A stretch of 64,000 bases of DNA from Azolla caroliniana. Taxonomy: Eukaryota; Plantae; Polypodiophyta. The notes under the pieces are model-generated. The model saw nothing but the letters and a program-made list of their open reading frames with translations. It ran no database searches and was not told the origin of the DNA. The translations under genes were made by a program, and so were the position numbers. The DNA is taken from assembly GCA_043228905.1 (NCBI GenBank), contig JBHGNT010000005.1, forward strand, positions 5,580,001 through 5,644,000. The letters run 5' to 3'. How positions within the stretch are numbered: position 1 is the first letter of the stretch; each line of letters opens with the position of its first letter. Of this stretch, positions 23,583 through 34,775 are shown in pieces.

Positions 23583-26500
23583 TTACTCTTCGCCTGCCGG
23601 CCCTTCCTCGGCCTCGGATCGGTCGTCGCTGCTGTCCAGGAGAATCGGGTCGGGTTCGTCGTCGTGCCGCTTCTTGAAAGCTTTGATCCTCTTCCCGGCC
23701 ACGGGTATCGCTATTCTCGTACCGTCGAGTTCCGCCAGATGATACGTCCCGTTGTCGTTGGCGCTCTGTACCGTGTACGGCCCGAACCATCTCCGTGCGA
23801 ACTTCCGCGTTGCTCGGTGCTGGTTGTCGAGGCTGCTGTCGTAGACGAGCACCCAGTCACCTTCGTCGATTCTCTTCGGTCGTAGCCGGTGCGTTCGGTC
23901 GAACCGGGCTTCGTTCTTTGTCCTCGCCACCCGGAGCTTCTCCGTAGCCAGTGCCACGTCCTCCGGTCTCCGCTCGAGCTGTCGTATACGCGCGGCCAAC
24001 AACTCCTCCCGGCTCATCTCGTCCCTCCAGTCGACCGTTGCCCACGAGGAGATCGTCCGTTCAATCGGCATGATCGGCTTCTGGCCGAACATGAGCTCTG
24101 TCGGCATGTACCCGGTTACCGAACTGTGCGTGGTCCGGTCTGCCCACAAAGCATAAGGTAGGAGCCGCGGCCAGTCACCGATTCGGCCTCCGCATGCCCG
24201 AACCAACGCCTTGACGATCGGTCCGTGTCCGCGCTCCACCTTCCCATTCGCCTCCGGATTGTACGCAGTGGTGAGCGAGAGCTTGACCCCCAGCCGGTCG
24301 AACAGCTCCGCGGCTTCCTCGGCGTCCAACTCCCCTCGGTCAGCCACGATCTTCCCGACGCACCCGTACCGGCATATCACGTCCTCGATCAGGAACCGAC
24401 ACACGGCCGCGGTCGTCTTGTTCTGAAGGGCTCGGCCTTCCACCTGGTTCGTCAGGTCTTCCCGTGCTAGGACCAGATACCGCATCTGTCCTACCCCCAT
24501 CGGCATCGTCACCAGATCTACCATCCATTTGAAGTGGATAGTCGGAGGGTACGTAGGGTGAAGCCCGTCCCGGTGTCGGACTATCGAGTGCATCTGACAA
24601 CTCTCGCAAGTTGACACGAACCGATGCACGTCCCGGTACAATCCCGACCACCAGTACTTCCCCTTCAGCTTCTCAAATGTCGCCCACGTTCCACGGTGTC
24701 CAGCCCAAGGGCTGTCGTGGTAGGCCGCCAGTAGCTCCTCCTGTTCTTCCTTCATCGCCACCACCCGGAGCGGGACGCCGTTCCTCTTCTTCGGGTGCTT
24801 CCACAAATGCCCATCTCGGAGAAAGAATCGATATGCTTTCTTCCGGATCCGGTTGGCCTCGTCCTTCGTCCATGACGCATCGGGCGTCATTGTCTTCAAA
24901 AACCCGCCGATCTGCAGCCACTCCCCGTCGTACTTGCTCGCGTCGAACTCGTTAAGCGCCGGAGTGCTCATCCCGTCGGTCGTTATGTGTGCCGTCTCGA
25001 AGAAATCCACGCCGACTTCTTCGTCTTCTGAAACCATGCCGCCCTCGTCGTCGAACCTCGCCCTCGAAAGCATGTCGGCCATGGCGTTGTCTTTCCCGGA
25101 AATGTGTCGTATTTCCGGGTCCAGAGACTTGATGTACGCTATCCACCTGAGCATCGCCAGGTCCGGAGTCGCGCATCCGGAAACCATACCGAGAATCGGC
25201 AGGCAATCCGTCTCGATGATCACTTCTGTCCCTATCAGGTAGTCTTTGTCGGCCTTAACCGCCGAAACAATACCCCAGAGTTCGCGTTTAACCTGGGCGT
25301 ATCCTCGCTGCCGTTCACTGAGGACTTTCGCGCCGAATCGGATCGGAAACCGATTGCCGTCCTCGTCTTCCTGGTTCACGACCCATCCGATCCCGGTCGG
25401 ACTGGTATCCACCGTTATGAATACCGGGGTACCCTTCCCGTATACCGCCTTCCGGAGTGCCGGTGCCGCTGCAAGGGCCTCTTTCAGCCTCCGGACCGAT
25501 TCCGCATGCTCGTCTAGCCATTCGAACCTTCGCCCCTTTTTCAGCAACCCGTACAGTGGCTCCGCGACGTGTGCGTAATGCGGGATCCATATGTGGTAGA
25601 ACGCGCATGCCCCCAGGAATCTCCGTACTTCCGTGACCGAGCTGCAGTCGGGCTTCATCGCGGAGATGGCTTCTACCTTTGCCGGAGACGGTTTCCGGCC
25701 ATATGGTCCGCACAGGTGTCCGACCACCATGATTTCTGACTGCCCGAAGGCCGACTTCTCCCCGGAGAAGGTGAGTCTCGCATCCTCTAGCCTTTGCAGC
25801 ACCTTCTCGCAGTCGTCGATGTGCGTCGCTACGAATCGCCGGCATCCGTCCGGCCCGATCGTCTCGTCCCTTTCTTCCACCGGGCATCCTTTGATCGGGA
25901 TGTCGTCCAGAAACGGCATGGTGATGTCCGGGATACAGTCCCTCAGAACCTTGTTCATCGCATTCACCATGTGGGCCACCGAGTTGGTCCCTCCTTGCGG
26001 CAGTGTACACATCCGAACTAGGCCGAGGGGAGTTCGCATCGTCGTAATGTCTCTGCTCTCCACGGCTAGCTGGAACTGGTCGTACCCTGAGTATAGATCC
26101 CCGACCGAGTAAATTGACCTTCCGGCGAAGGCCTCCGCGAACTCGCCTATGGTCGGTCCGATCCCTGCGTTCCGAATGGTCACTCGATTGACCGGCTGCA
26201 GGTCCTGGATGAAGCGCAACGAACCGTTTTTCTTCGGTACGGTGAACCATCGATTCGAATATGGGGCGCTCGACGGCTCGAGAATTCCCATGTCAACTTT
26301 CTGCCTCAGCAGCTCCATCAACTTCGGGATGTGAGCTCTCGGAACCGGGATTGGCTTGAGATTCCATGGTACATGCGGTACCGTGAATATCACCATCGGC
26401 TCCACGATCGTCGGGTCAACGCACCCGATTTCCTCCGGCGAGAATGCGAAGGCTTTCCCGTGCCTTCCGAGCATTCTCCGAAACCGGTCTTCCTCCGCAG

Positions 26501-27065
26501 GCAGTAGGAACCCGCCCCCACCTATTTTGAGCTCTCGGAGCGTCTCGTCGGTGAAGGTGTGCCCTATGCAGGCCGGATCCCGTAGACTAGGGTCCGATGC
26601 AACCCCTTTGATTCTCGACGCGCTGTCCTCCGGTAAGGGTGCCGCGACTGGCCTTACCTTCCGGTCCACAGTCTTGTACTTGGTGCCTACGCGGGCCGTC
26701 CGAACTGACTCGAGCCCTCGACCGAAGTCCGCGATGACTCCGTACATCTCCTCGGAACACACCGGTATCGTCCGGTCTTCGTTAAGGCCTTCTTCGACTA
26801 CCTTTCCCAGCATTCCCAAGGTGTCGTCGAATGAAACCGCCTCCACGGCTCCGTTGATTTCCTCGTCAGGGCCGAGAACTCCGCACGCTCGAAGTCTCCC
26901 CTCCGCCTTTGTCTTCTCTCGGCCGCCGATGCCGACTATCGTACACGCTCCGCTGTCGGAGAAGCAAAATACCCTACCTGTCGTACACGGTTTTATCGTA
27001 CAAATGTGGGGTTTTCCCGGAGCATCCGGACTGTCGCGGCCCCACGCCTTGGCAGTCCTCTCTAA
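23583..27065 (-). CDS. pol: pol (RT-RNase H-integrase) of copy 2, open in the -1 frame from the slippery site; no chromodomain
   Basis: Frame read stop-free from 27065 into the 1087-aa ORF; FLDD, HHCC, D-D-E (VD/ADRG/VER), WFGPY. Confidence 0.92.
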   Translation of the reverse strand, partial: LERTAKAWGRDSPDAPGKPHICTIKPCTTGRVFCFSDSGACTIVGIGGREKTKAEGRLRACGVLGPDEEINGAVEAVSFDDTLGMLGKVVEEGLNEDRTIPVCSEEMYGVIADFGRGLESVRTARVGTKYKTVDRKVRPVAAPLPEDSASRIKGVASDPSLRDPACIGHTFTDETLRELKIGGGGFLLPAEEDRFRRMLGRHGKAFAFSPEEIGCVDPTIVEPMVIFTVPHVPWNLKPIPVPRAHIPKLMELLRQKVDMGILEPSSAPYSNRWFTVPKKNGSLRFIQDLQPVNRVTIRNAGIGPTIGEFAEAFAGRSIYSVGDLYSGYDQFQLAVESRDITTMRTPLGLVRMCTLPQGGTNSVAHMVNAMNKVLRDCIPDITMPFLDDIPIKGCPVEERDETIGPDGCRRFVATHIDDCEKVLQRLEDARLTFSGEKSAFGQSEIMVVGHLCGPYGRKPSPAKVEAISAMKPDCSSVTEVRRFLGACAFYHIWIPHYAHVAEPLYGLLKKGRRFEWLDEHAESVRRLKEALAAAPALRKAVYGKGTPVFITVDTSPTGIGWVVNQEDEDGNRFPIRFGAKVLSERQRGYAQVKRELWGIVSAVKADKDYLIGTEVIIETDCLPILGMVSGCATPDLAMLRWIAYIKSLDPEIRHISGKDNAMADMLSRARFDDEGGMVSEDEEVGVDFFETAHITTDGMSTPALNEFDASKYDGEWLQIGGFLKTMTPDASWTKDEANRIRKKAYRFFLRDGHLWKHPKKRNGVPLRVVAMKEEQEELLAAYHDSPWAGHRGTWATFEKLKGKYWWSGLYRDVHRFVSTCESCQMHSIVRHRDGLHPTYPPTIHFKWMVDLVTMPMGVGQMRYLVLAREDLTNQVEGRALQNKTTAAVCRFLIEDVICRYGCVGKIVADRGELDAEEAAELFDRLGVKLSLTTAYNPEANGKVERGHGPIVKALVRACGGRIGDWPRLLPYALWADRTTHSSVTGYMPTELMFGQKPIMPIERTISSWATVDWRDEMSREELLAARIRQLERRPEDVALATEKLRVARTKNEARFDRTHRLRPKRIDEGDWVLVYDSSLDNQHRATRKFARRWFGPYTVQSANDNGTYHLAELDGTRIAIPVAGKRIKAFKKRHDDEPDPILLDSSDDRSEAEEGPAGEE

Positions 27066-29188
27066 AAATCCTCTCGGTTATCGGAGCCGAGGGAGTCGCG
27101 GTTACGCTCGTGGTTCGGCCTGACCGTCAAAAACTGGACCGAATGGCGCCCGTCCTGGCTCTTGACCCGCGCATAAGCCGAACCGTTGTCCAGCACCTTG
27201 GTCTCCATTCGAGCCGCCGTGATGTACGGCTCTCCCAGTATGACGGGGTGCGACGACGACTCCTGCACGAAGAAGTGCTGGTCTATCTCGACATCGCCGA
27301 TCTTGACCCTTACATTCGGGCAGGCCCCGTGAAGTTCCTCGGTGGCGCGCGTCGCCGCCCTTATCTTCCATCCGTGCTTGGTGTTGATCGGCCATTTGCC
27401 CTTCTTATAGAAGTCCATGGACATCAGGTTGATTTCCGATCCGTGGTCCACCAAGGCTACTACCGGTTCCTGGACATCGCCGATCTTTACCGGGGTTTCC
27501 GTGGTCACTCGGGCCCAGTGTGGCCGCGAATAGTGGCTTTCCGCCCACTCGTCTCCCAGCGCCATGTCGTCTAGGTGCGTCGTCCGCACTTCCACCGGTC
27601 TTTCCGGTTCTGTCTCCGTCGACAGCCTCTTCCGTTTCACCAAGTCCACGATGGAGTCGTGGAACTCCTTCTTGGCGATTCCCAGCACCTCTCGTAACGA
27701 CAGCTCCACCTTGCTGTCGAGGATCCGTTCCTCCAGGACCTTTCGTAAGTCCGTGGTTCTTTCTATCTCCGTCCCCAGACGGTACCCGCCCTTCTGGGGT
27801 TTATCTCGCGTACCGGCCCCGCCGGCTTCGTCCCGTCGTGGCCCGGACCGGGTCTCGTATCGTTGTGAGGGCCCGGTCGTCCCGGGTTTCCCCACCCGCT
27901 TCTCTTCTACCAGAGCCTCGTAGTTCCGGCAAGCGGCTTCCACGAAGCCCGTCTTTTCCTCGACCGGGTCGCTCCACCCGGTCATCTCCCGTACCCGTTT
28001 CTCCGCATGGTCCGATTCCTCCCTTTTAAGCCCTGCACCGGCAAGGCCTTCCAGCATCGTCGGCCAGAATCCGGCTTTGCTTTCCCCCCGGGCCTCGCCG
28101 CCCCCGACTCGAATGCCGGCTGACGCCGAGTAGTGGACTGTTTCCGCGTGTCGGGCCGCCGCCTCTTCCATCACCCTTTTCATACCACCCTTTCCGTCGT
28201 TTCGGCTCAGGGCTCTTCGGGTGTCGCTGGCATGCACCCGTCCTTCCCACAGGTACACCACCCTGTTCCTCAGCGCCTCCGCGAAGTCGCCGCAGTCCTT
28301 CCGAATGTGGCCGACTTCATCGCACCACATGCACCTGTTTCCTGCCGCCGGCCGTCGGTCACGAGCCGGTTCGCCTCCTTCCCTTCGGGCCTGCGCGATT
28401 TGGAGGTCCTTTATCGCCTTCGTCAATTCCTCCAGCGCCTCTCCTCCGGTTGAGCCTCTGACTACGCCGGTCGAAGCCGAACCGGTTTCCAACCACTCCC
28501 GGGTCTCTTCCTTGCGCACCTGCGGCGCTGGTTCGAGCTTCCTTGCTGCGACCGAGCCCGACCCGGTCGCCCCGTTATCCGCCCATTCTCGCCGTTTGTC
28601 GAAACGGCCACAGACCTTCCTGACAGCCGCCCAGTCGGTAGTGAGCCCGTCTTCGGTCTCCAGCAAGAAGCCCACTTGCTCCCGATCCCGCTCGTCGACC
28701 GACTTGACAAACAGCAAGACCCGGCTCGTGTCCAGGATGGTTCGGTCGAGCGCCGAAAGGCGCGCAAAGTTTTCCTCGAACTCCCGGAGGAGCGCCGACG
28801 CGTTTCTTCCCTTCCCCGGGGACTCCACCCATTCCATGAACCTTCGCTTCGAAAGCCGGAGCGCGTCGTCCAGCCCGTATTTCTCTAGGAGCCGACCTTC
28901 GAACTCCTCCCAGGTACGGCTCTCCGTCCGCACCTCGAGCACCTCCGCATGGATGCTCGGCATCGCTACTCGGGGAAATCCGGCGAGACGCCTTTCTTCC
29001 GGAATGTCACGCATCAGCATCTCTGCACCGTAGGACGCCAAATACTTCGTGGCATCTTTCCCATCGAACCGGCCGATCGTGCCGACGACCGCCTCAATAG
29101 CTCTGTCGAGGGCACCGGTGCTCTCGCGCGCGTTTACAATCCGATCCACGGCCGAAGCCATGGCCTCTGCGAGATCCGACCCCCTCAT
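27062..29188 (-). CDS. gag: Gag-protease ORF, copy 2
   Basis: Near-identical protein to copy 1, with CCHC knuckle and ALVDHGSEIN. Confidence 0.92.
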   Translation of the reverse strand: MRGSDLAEAMASAVDRIVNARESTGALDRAIEAVVGTIGRFDGKDATKYLASYGAEMLMRDIPEERRLAGFPRVAMPSIHAEVLEVRTESRTWEEFEGRLLEKYGLDDALRLSKRRFMEWVESPGKGRNASALLREFEENFARLSALDRTILDTSRVLLFVKSVDERDREQVGFLLETEDGLTTDWAAVRKVCGRFDKRREWADNGATGSGSVAARKLEPAPQVRKEETREWLETGSASTGVVRGSTGGEALEELTKAIKDLQIAQARREGGEPARDRRPAAGNRCMWCDEVGHIRKDCGDFAEALRNRVVYLWEGRVHASDTRRALSRNDGKGGMKRVMEEAAARHAETVHYSASAGIRVGGGEARGESKAGFWPTMLEGLAGAGLKREESDHAEKRVREMTGWSDPVEEKTGFVEAACRNYEALVEEKRVGKPGTTGPSQRYETRSGPRRDEAGGAGTRDKPQKGGYRLGTEIERTTDLRKVLEERILDSKVELSLREVLGIAKKEFHDSIVDLVKRKRLSTETEPERPVEVRTTHLDDMALGDEWAESHYSRPHWARVTTETPVKIGDVQEPVVALVDHGSEINLMSMDFYKKGKWPINTKHGWKIRAATRATEELHGACPNVRVKIGDVEIDQHFFVQESSSHPVILGEPYITAARMETKVLDNGSAYARVKSQDGRHSVQFLTVRPNHERNRDSLGSDNREDF

Positions 29189-32100
29189 TTCCTGCTCTTC
29201 TGCCGCCTCTTTCACGTCGGGTTCACCAAGATGTCGGGGTTGCTACGCCCTTGCGTGCAGAAAGGAGGAGGGACCACGGGGGTCTTGGACCGAAGAGCAA
29301 GAGAGAGAGAGGAGAAGGAGAGACCCGATTACACAGAACCGAAGATTGCACAGGGACACGGCCCAACAAACAGAGATCACAAATAAACGCCGACACAGAT
29401 GGACGCAACCACGGAAGATATGTACTTATGAATGCAAGAAATAACAGCTAAAGTGTTACAACCCACGGTGGGGCACTAAATAGATACTAACGAAAACGAA
29501 CAGGGCGGCGAACAGATGCCGACCCCTGTATGTCGCGACGCACGGAAAGGGGAAAACAGGTCGGAGGTGCTGCAGGACGCACTCGGGGCGTTCCACAGAA
29601 CAGCGCAAGCCTCCTCGAAACCTGCACAGGTACGCGATGGAGCAGAAGACAGAGGGAGCAGGAGTGAGAGAGGAGCTTCGAAATCGGTTCCGCAGCACTT
29701 CGTCCTCTCCCCGCGAGATATATTTTCCTATTCTTCCTCTTCCTTTTTATATCCCGTCAAGAGGCCGTTTGGCATTAACTGCATACCAACCGAATCTACC
29801 CACCTAGGATCCTCGTATGTACTTCTTGGCGCGCGTGTGTGTAGAGCCGTTTCCCACGCCTTGTTCCTCCGATTCCTCTCGTGGGCGGTTTTCTTCACGA
29901 CAGCGAGTACGTGTAAGATCTTAGGCGGGACCGCGAGGGTCTTGGACTAGGGAGTAGAGGGGGAATGGAAGCTTAGCTCGAGAGGGGAGGAGAAAGAATA
30001 GGAAATAAACATAGAATGGATGGAGGCAAGATACACAAATGAGTTATATTAAGAAACACCAAACGCTTTACAACCATGGCCGCATAGGCCAAACGAAAAC
30101 ACTATATGGAACCCTAACCGGATAAGTAAAGTAAAGAAGTCGATGAAGAAGAAACCCTAAGTGAAACCCTAAACCCGAAATGGTATGAAGAAGAAGAAGA
30201 AGAAGAAGAATAGTAAGACCCTAGACGAAACCCTAAAACCGAAATAGAAACCCTCGACCTAAGTGGTATACCTCTCTCACTCAAAATAGGAAATCCCTTC
30301 ACAAGAGAACCCTCCCTTCCTTTTATAGCCCAAGGAGGGAGGGGTGTTACAATGTGGGATAAATTCTCCCCCTTATTCTATACACCATTTTCTTACTATA
30401 CATGTGCACATGTTGCACATTGCCGACTTGCCCATTCCATCCCGGTTTCACACCAAAGCCGGAAATCTTCATGACAACGTAATATGGGCAAACCCCTAAC
30501 CTTTCAAGCTTGGTGTAAGCTCTCATTGATTGAGCTACATCTTTTTGTTATCTTTAACATCTTGTCTCGTGACCTTCATTTTTGACCTTTTCTCTATCTT
30601 TCAATCTTTTATATATCTTTAGTCTAATCCATTTCCTCATGTAGGCCCCACACATTAAGACAATAGTATTTCAACAAATCAATTGTGGACATTGGATGTG
30701 ACATTCTCATCAAGAAATGACAACAAAAACATCCTTTAATGGTGTTATGTGTCAAGATTCAAACTCTTGACATGACCATGTTATAATCAAGTGTTATGTG
30801 TTAACCAACATATCTAGTATACAATCATGTGTATAATTGCTCCTTGTAGTTTTTAGCTAGCATCATGTGCATAGTTGCTCCCTTGTACTATTTACACTTG
30901 GCACATGCATGTGTACCTACATGCTCTATTGTATCACATGCGTGCAACAGGTATACATGCCGCTTAGTATAAATAGTTGAGTTCACCTTGTATGGAGTCT
31001 TTCAGTTAATACCACTCATCCATTTGGCTATCTTCTTTCTAGTCTCTTGAGCTTATGATCTATCCGTGACAGTTTGTTCACCTTCCATCCTCGTAGCTCT
31101 CCCTCTCATTAGCTGTAGCTATGTCCGACCCAACCATTGACTTAAGCCAAATAATGACAACCTTACAACAACTCCAGCTTGAAAATGTAGCTCTTCGGGA
31201 TTCTTTACGACAACTTCAAGTAGGCGCCTCCCTATACTCACAGCCAGCGGGGCCTGGTCTCCCACCGCAACCTAGCCCAGAGCCCAACCTTCTAGTAACA
31301 TCTAGCCTAGATTCTTCTCATTTTCTTGAGCCTAAGGTTAGTCTCCCAGAAAAATTTGATGGAACGAGGTCACGTTTTTGGGGGTTCATCAACCAGATTC
31401 GTCTTATCATTCGGTTACAACCTCAATGGTATGTAGATGATCTTCGACAAGTTGGCCTTGTGGGCACCCTCCTCTCTGGTCCGGCCCCAGCTTGGTTTGC
31501 ACCATTAGTAGAAACTTCTTCATCTCTATTGGAGGACGTTCCCGCCTTCCTCTCCGAGTTAGAGGCCACATTTGAAGAGACAGACTGACAACGTACAACT
31601 CTCACCAAGCTTTATGCCCTCGAACAAGGTTCGCGTGCAACTTCTTTCTATGCTTCAGAATTCCGACAACTAGCATGTGACGTTAACTAGGATGATCAAG
31701 CCTTAGTTGATCATTTTCGGCGGGGCCTTCAGAGCAATGTCAAGAATCTTCTCTTGAACTTTCCTGAGACCGCCTCATTATCCCAAGCGATCTCACAAGC
31801 AGTCCATTGTGACAATAGTCTTTTTGAATTTTGCCAGCGTGAGACTTGGAGGACTCATTCCCTTCCACGACACACTCCGGTAGTACATCCCCAAGTATCA
31901 TTCCCGCCGGCTATGTCACACTCCACTACTTTGGCAAATGCTCCAACCCCCATGGAAAATGATCAAGCTCGATTTTGGCCATTGATTGATGCCGAACGAC
32001 AATATCGACGAGCTAATGGCTTGTGCATGATTTGTGGTGTCTCAGGTCATCTCCTTCGCCATTGTTCTAGGACTAATCACCCTCAATTCCATTGAGCTAA

Positions 32101-34775
32101 CGGACCCCAACATCCGGAAAATGACATCGTTCGGTTGTAGTAGGAGCCATGCAGTTGGACATCTCCCGTCACCCACATTCTCTTGGTTCCATTGCCAGAC
32201 CATCAGACAATTTCACATTGGAGGTATGGCTTTCTTTTAATTCCAGTTCCATTCCGTTTGTCACTTTACTTGATTCTGGGGCGTCTTCTTGCTTCATCGA
32301 CATCGCGTTCTCCCAAGCACATGGTGTACTTGTCGTTTGCCTCTCAAAACCCATTCCCATTGAAGCCATTAATGGGCGTGTCCTCTCGTTAGGAGCAATT
32401 ACTCAAACTACGATCCCATTAGGGCTTCGTGTGGGCTCACACCAGGAGGAGCTCCCTTTTTACCTCATCGCATCTCCTCGACATCCGATCGTCTTAGAAC
32501 TAACGTGGTTGGAGGCGCTCAATCCAATAGTGGATTGGTGTAATCGCTCGATCACATTTAGTGACCCAGGATGCTCACACAAAACTATGAAGGTCAATTC
32601 AGTTTCACATCCTTCGGAGAAGGTCTCTTTCGATTCGGCCACCCCACCCTCGGTCCAGGATGGGGTCGTTTGTGGCGTCATTTCTAACACACTCCACGTT
32701 ATTCCCGACAAATACAAAGACTTCTCCGACGTATTTGAGAAATGTAATGCAGATCATTTGCCTGAACACCAGCTCTACACCTGTTCGATTGATCTTCAAG
32801 AAGGTGTATGTCCACCCTTTGGTCCTTTATATGTGTTGTTTGCACCAGAGCTGAAGGCCGTTTGTGTGTATCTCGATGAGAACCTCGAGAAAGGATTTAT
32901 TCAACCTTCTAAGTCGTCGGCCGGGGACCTCATATTATTTGTCGACTACCAGGGTCTCAACAAACTCATTGTGCACAATCGCTATCTGCTACCTCTGATC
33001 CCCAAACTCCTTGATCGGCGCCACATTGCACGCGTCTTCTCCAAAGTTGATCTACGTGGAGGATACAATCTAGTACACATCAAGCCAGGGGATGAATGGA
33101 AAACCGCATTCCGAACACGGTATGGGCATTTCGAATACAAGGTAATGCCTTTTGGTCTTACTAATGCCCCAACAGTTTTTCAACATATGATGAACAATAT
33201 ATTCAGACTTGGAATATCTCGATCATTTTGTCATCATTTACCTCGATGATATTCTCATTTTTTCGCCAAACATGGAGGAGCACACTCACCAAGTCTGATT
33301 AGTTCTTGCAAAACTTCGCGAGTGCGGTCTTTATGCCAAAGGCTAGAAATGTGAGTTCGACTGTACCTCGATCGAATTCCTAGGCTACATAATCTCGCCC
33401 ACTGGCATCACCATGAATATGAAGAAGGTATCTGTCATTTGGGAGTTGGCGAGTCCAAGTCAACTTCCTTGGCTTCGCGAATTTTTACCATCACGTCATG
33501 AAGGGGTTTTCCACCCTAACACAACTTCTTATCGCCCTCACCCGCAAAGGTACTCCTTTTTTATGGACCCCGATGACACAAAATGTGTTCGACTCACTCA
33601 AACATGCATTCATCACTACCTCGGTGCTACTACATGCTGACCCCACTAAACCCTTCCAAGTCGAAACCGATGCCTCTGACTTCGCCATTGGCGCCATCTT
33701 ATCCCAAGCAGACGACACCAACCTAATGCACCTAGTGGCTTACTACTCCTGGAAATTCACAGCATCCGAAATCAATTATCCCATATACGATAAGGAGCTT
33801 GCTGCTATCATTGCTGCCTATGATGGCAACCCTACTTGGACGGCGCACAACATCGTGTCCAGGTAGTGATTGATCATAAAAATTTAGTTTATTTTTCCAC
33901 CACTAGTACTTTGAATCGAAGATAGGCCCGCTGATCGACATTTCTCGCTGACTATGATTTTGAGATCATATTTCGACCTCGTGGCCGACATGGAAGGACA
34001 ATGCCCTTTCTCGTCAAGCCGACCTTGCACTCCGTCCCGGGGATGTCGCTTATGATCAACAATATAGATGTTTGCTAAAACCCGATCAATTGCATCTTTT
34101 TGCCACTTGTATGTTGCAGGATGATTCATTACTCCAACAAATCATTGATGCATCCACGATCGATGCGTTCGCCAACGAGATTCGGGATAGTCTGCAAAAC
34201 CCCTCCAAAGAGACCAAAAGTAAGGACCTTGACCATTTCACCATACAAGATGGTTTGCTATTCCGAGATCATCACTTATACGTCCCAGAGGGCCCGTGTC
34301 GCACCCAGGTGTTGCGGGAATGCCACAATGACCCACCTTTGGGTCATTTCGGGGTCGCAAAAACCCTTGAGCTAATCTCTGTGGGGAATTGGTGGCCACA
34401 ACCATGGAAGTTTGTCAAAGAATACATCAAAAGTTGTGGCGTTTGCGCTCGCTCCAAAGCTGCTCATCATCGTCCATATGGCTTACTCAAGCCACTTCCA
34501 CGCCCCAGTCGTCCCTGGGCCTCTGTCTCTATGGTCCTGATAACTAATCTACCCTTGGTCAATAGCTATGACTCGATGTTGGTCATTGTCGATCGGTTTA
34601 CAAAGATGGCCCACTTCACTCCATGCTCCAAAATCATTTCCAGCAAAGGAATGGCGCATCTACTCCTCAACAATGTGGTCCGCTTGCATGGACTCCCCGA
34701 CGATGTCATCTCCGATCGTGAACCCAATTTGTCTCTCACTTCTGACAACGCCTGCTACAAACTTTAGGCATCTTT

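Larger units (their letters stand above)
22840..29902 (-). mobile_element. Full-length, apparently intact gypsy copy 2, inverted relative to copy 1
   Basis: 671-bp LTRs 29232-29902 and 22840-23510 (three substitutions seen), 4-bp TSD GCGA (22836-22839, 29903-29906), tRNA-Trp PBS at 29211-29228. Confidence 0.96.
22822..30476 (-). mobile_element. Solo LTR (~588 bp) of a related subfamily, split by insertion of gypsy copy 2 (pieces 22822-22839 and 29907-30476)
   Basis: Termini TGTCGCG...CATGACA, TSD ACGT at 22818-22821 and 30477-30480; minus-strand TATA core CTCCCTCCTTGGGCTATAAAAG and U5 motif GTCCAAGACCCTCGCGGTCCC shared with the family. Confidence 0.85.
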
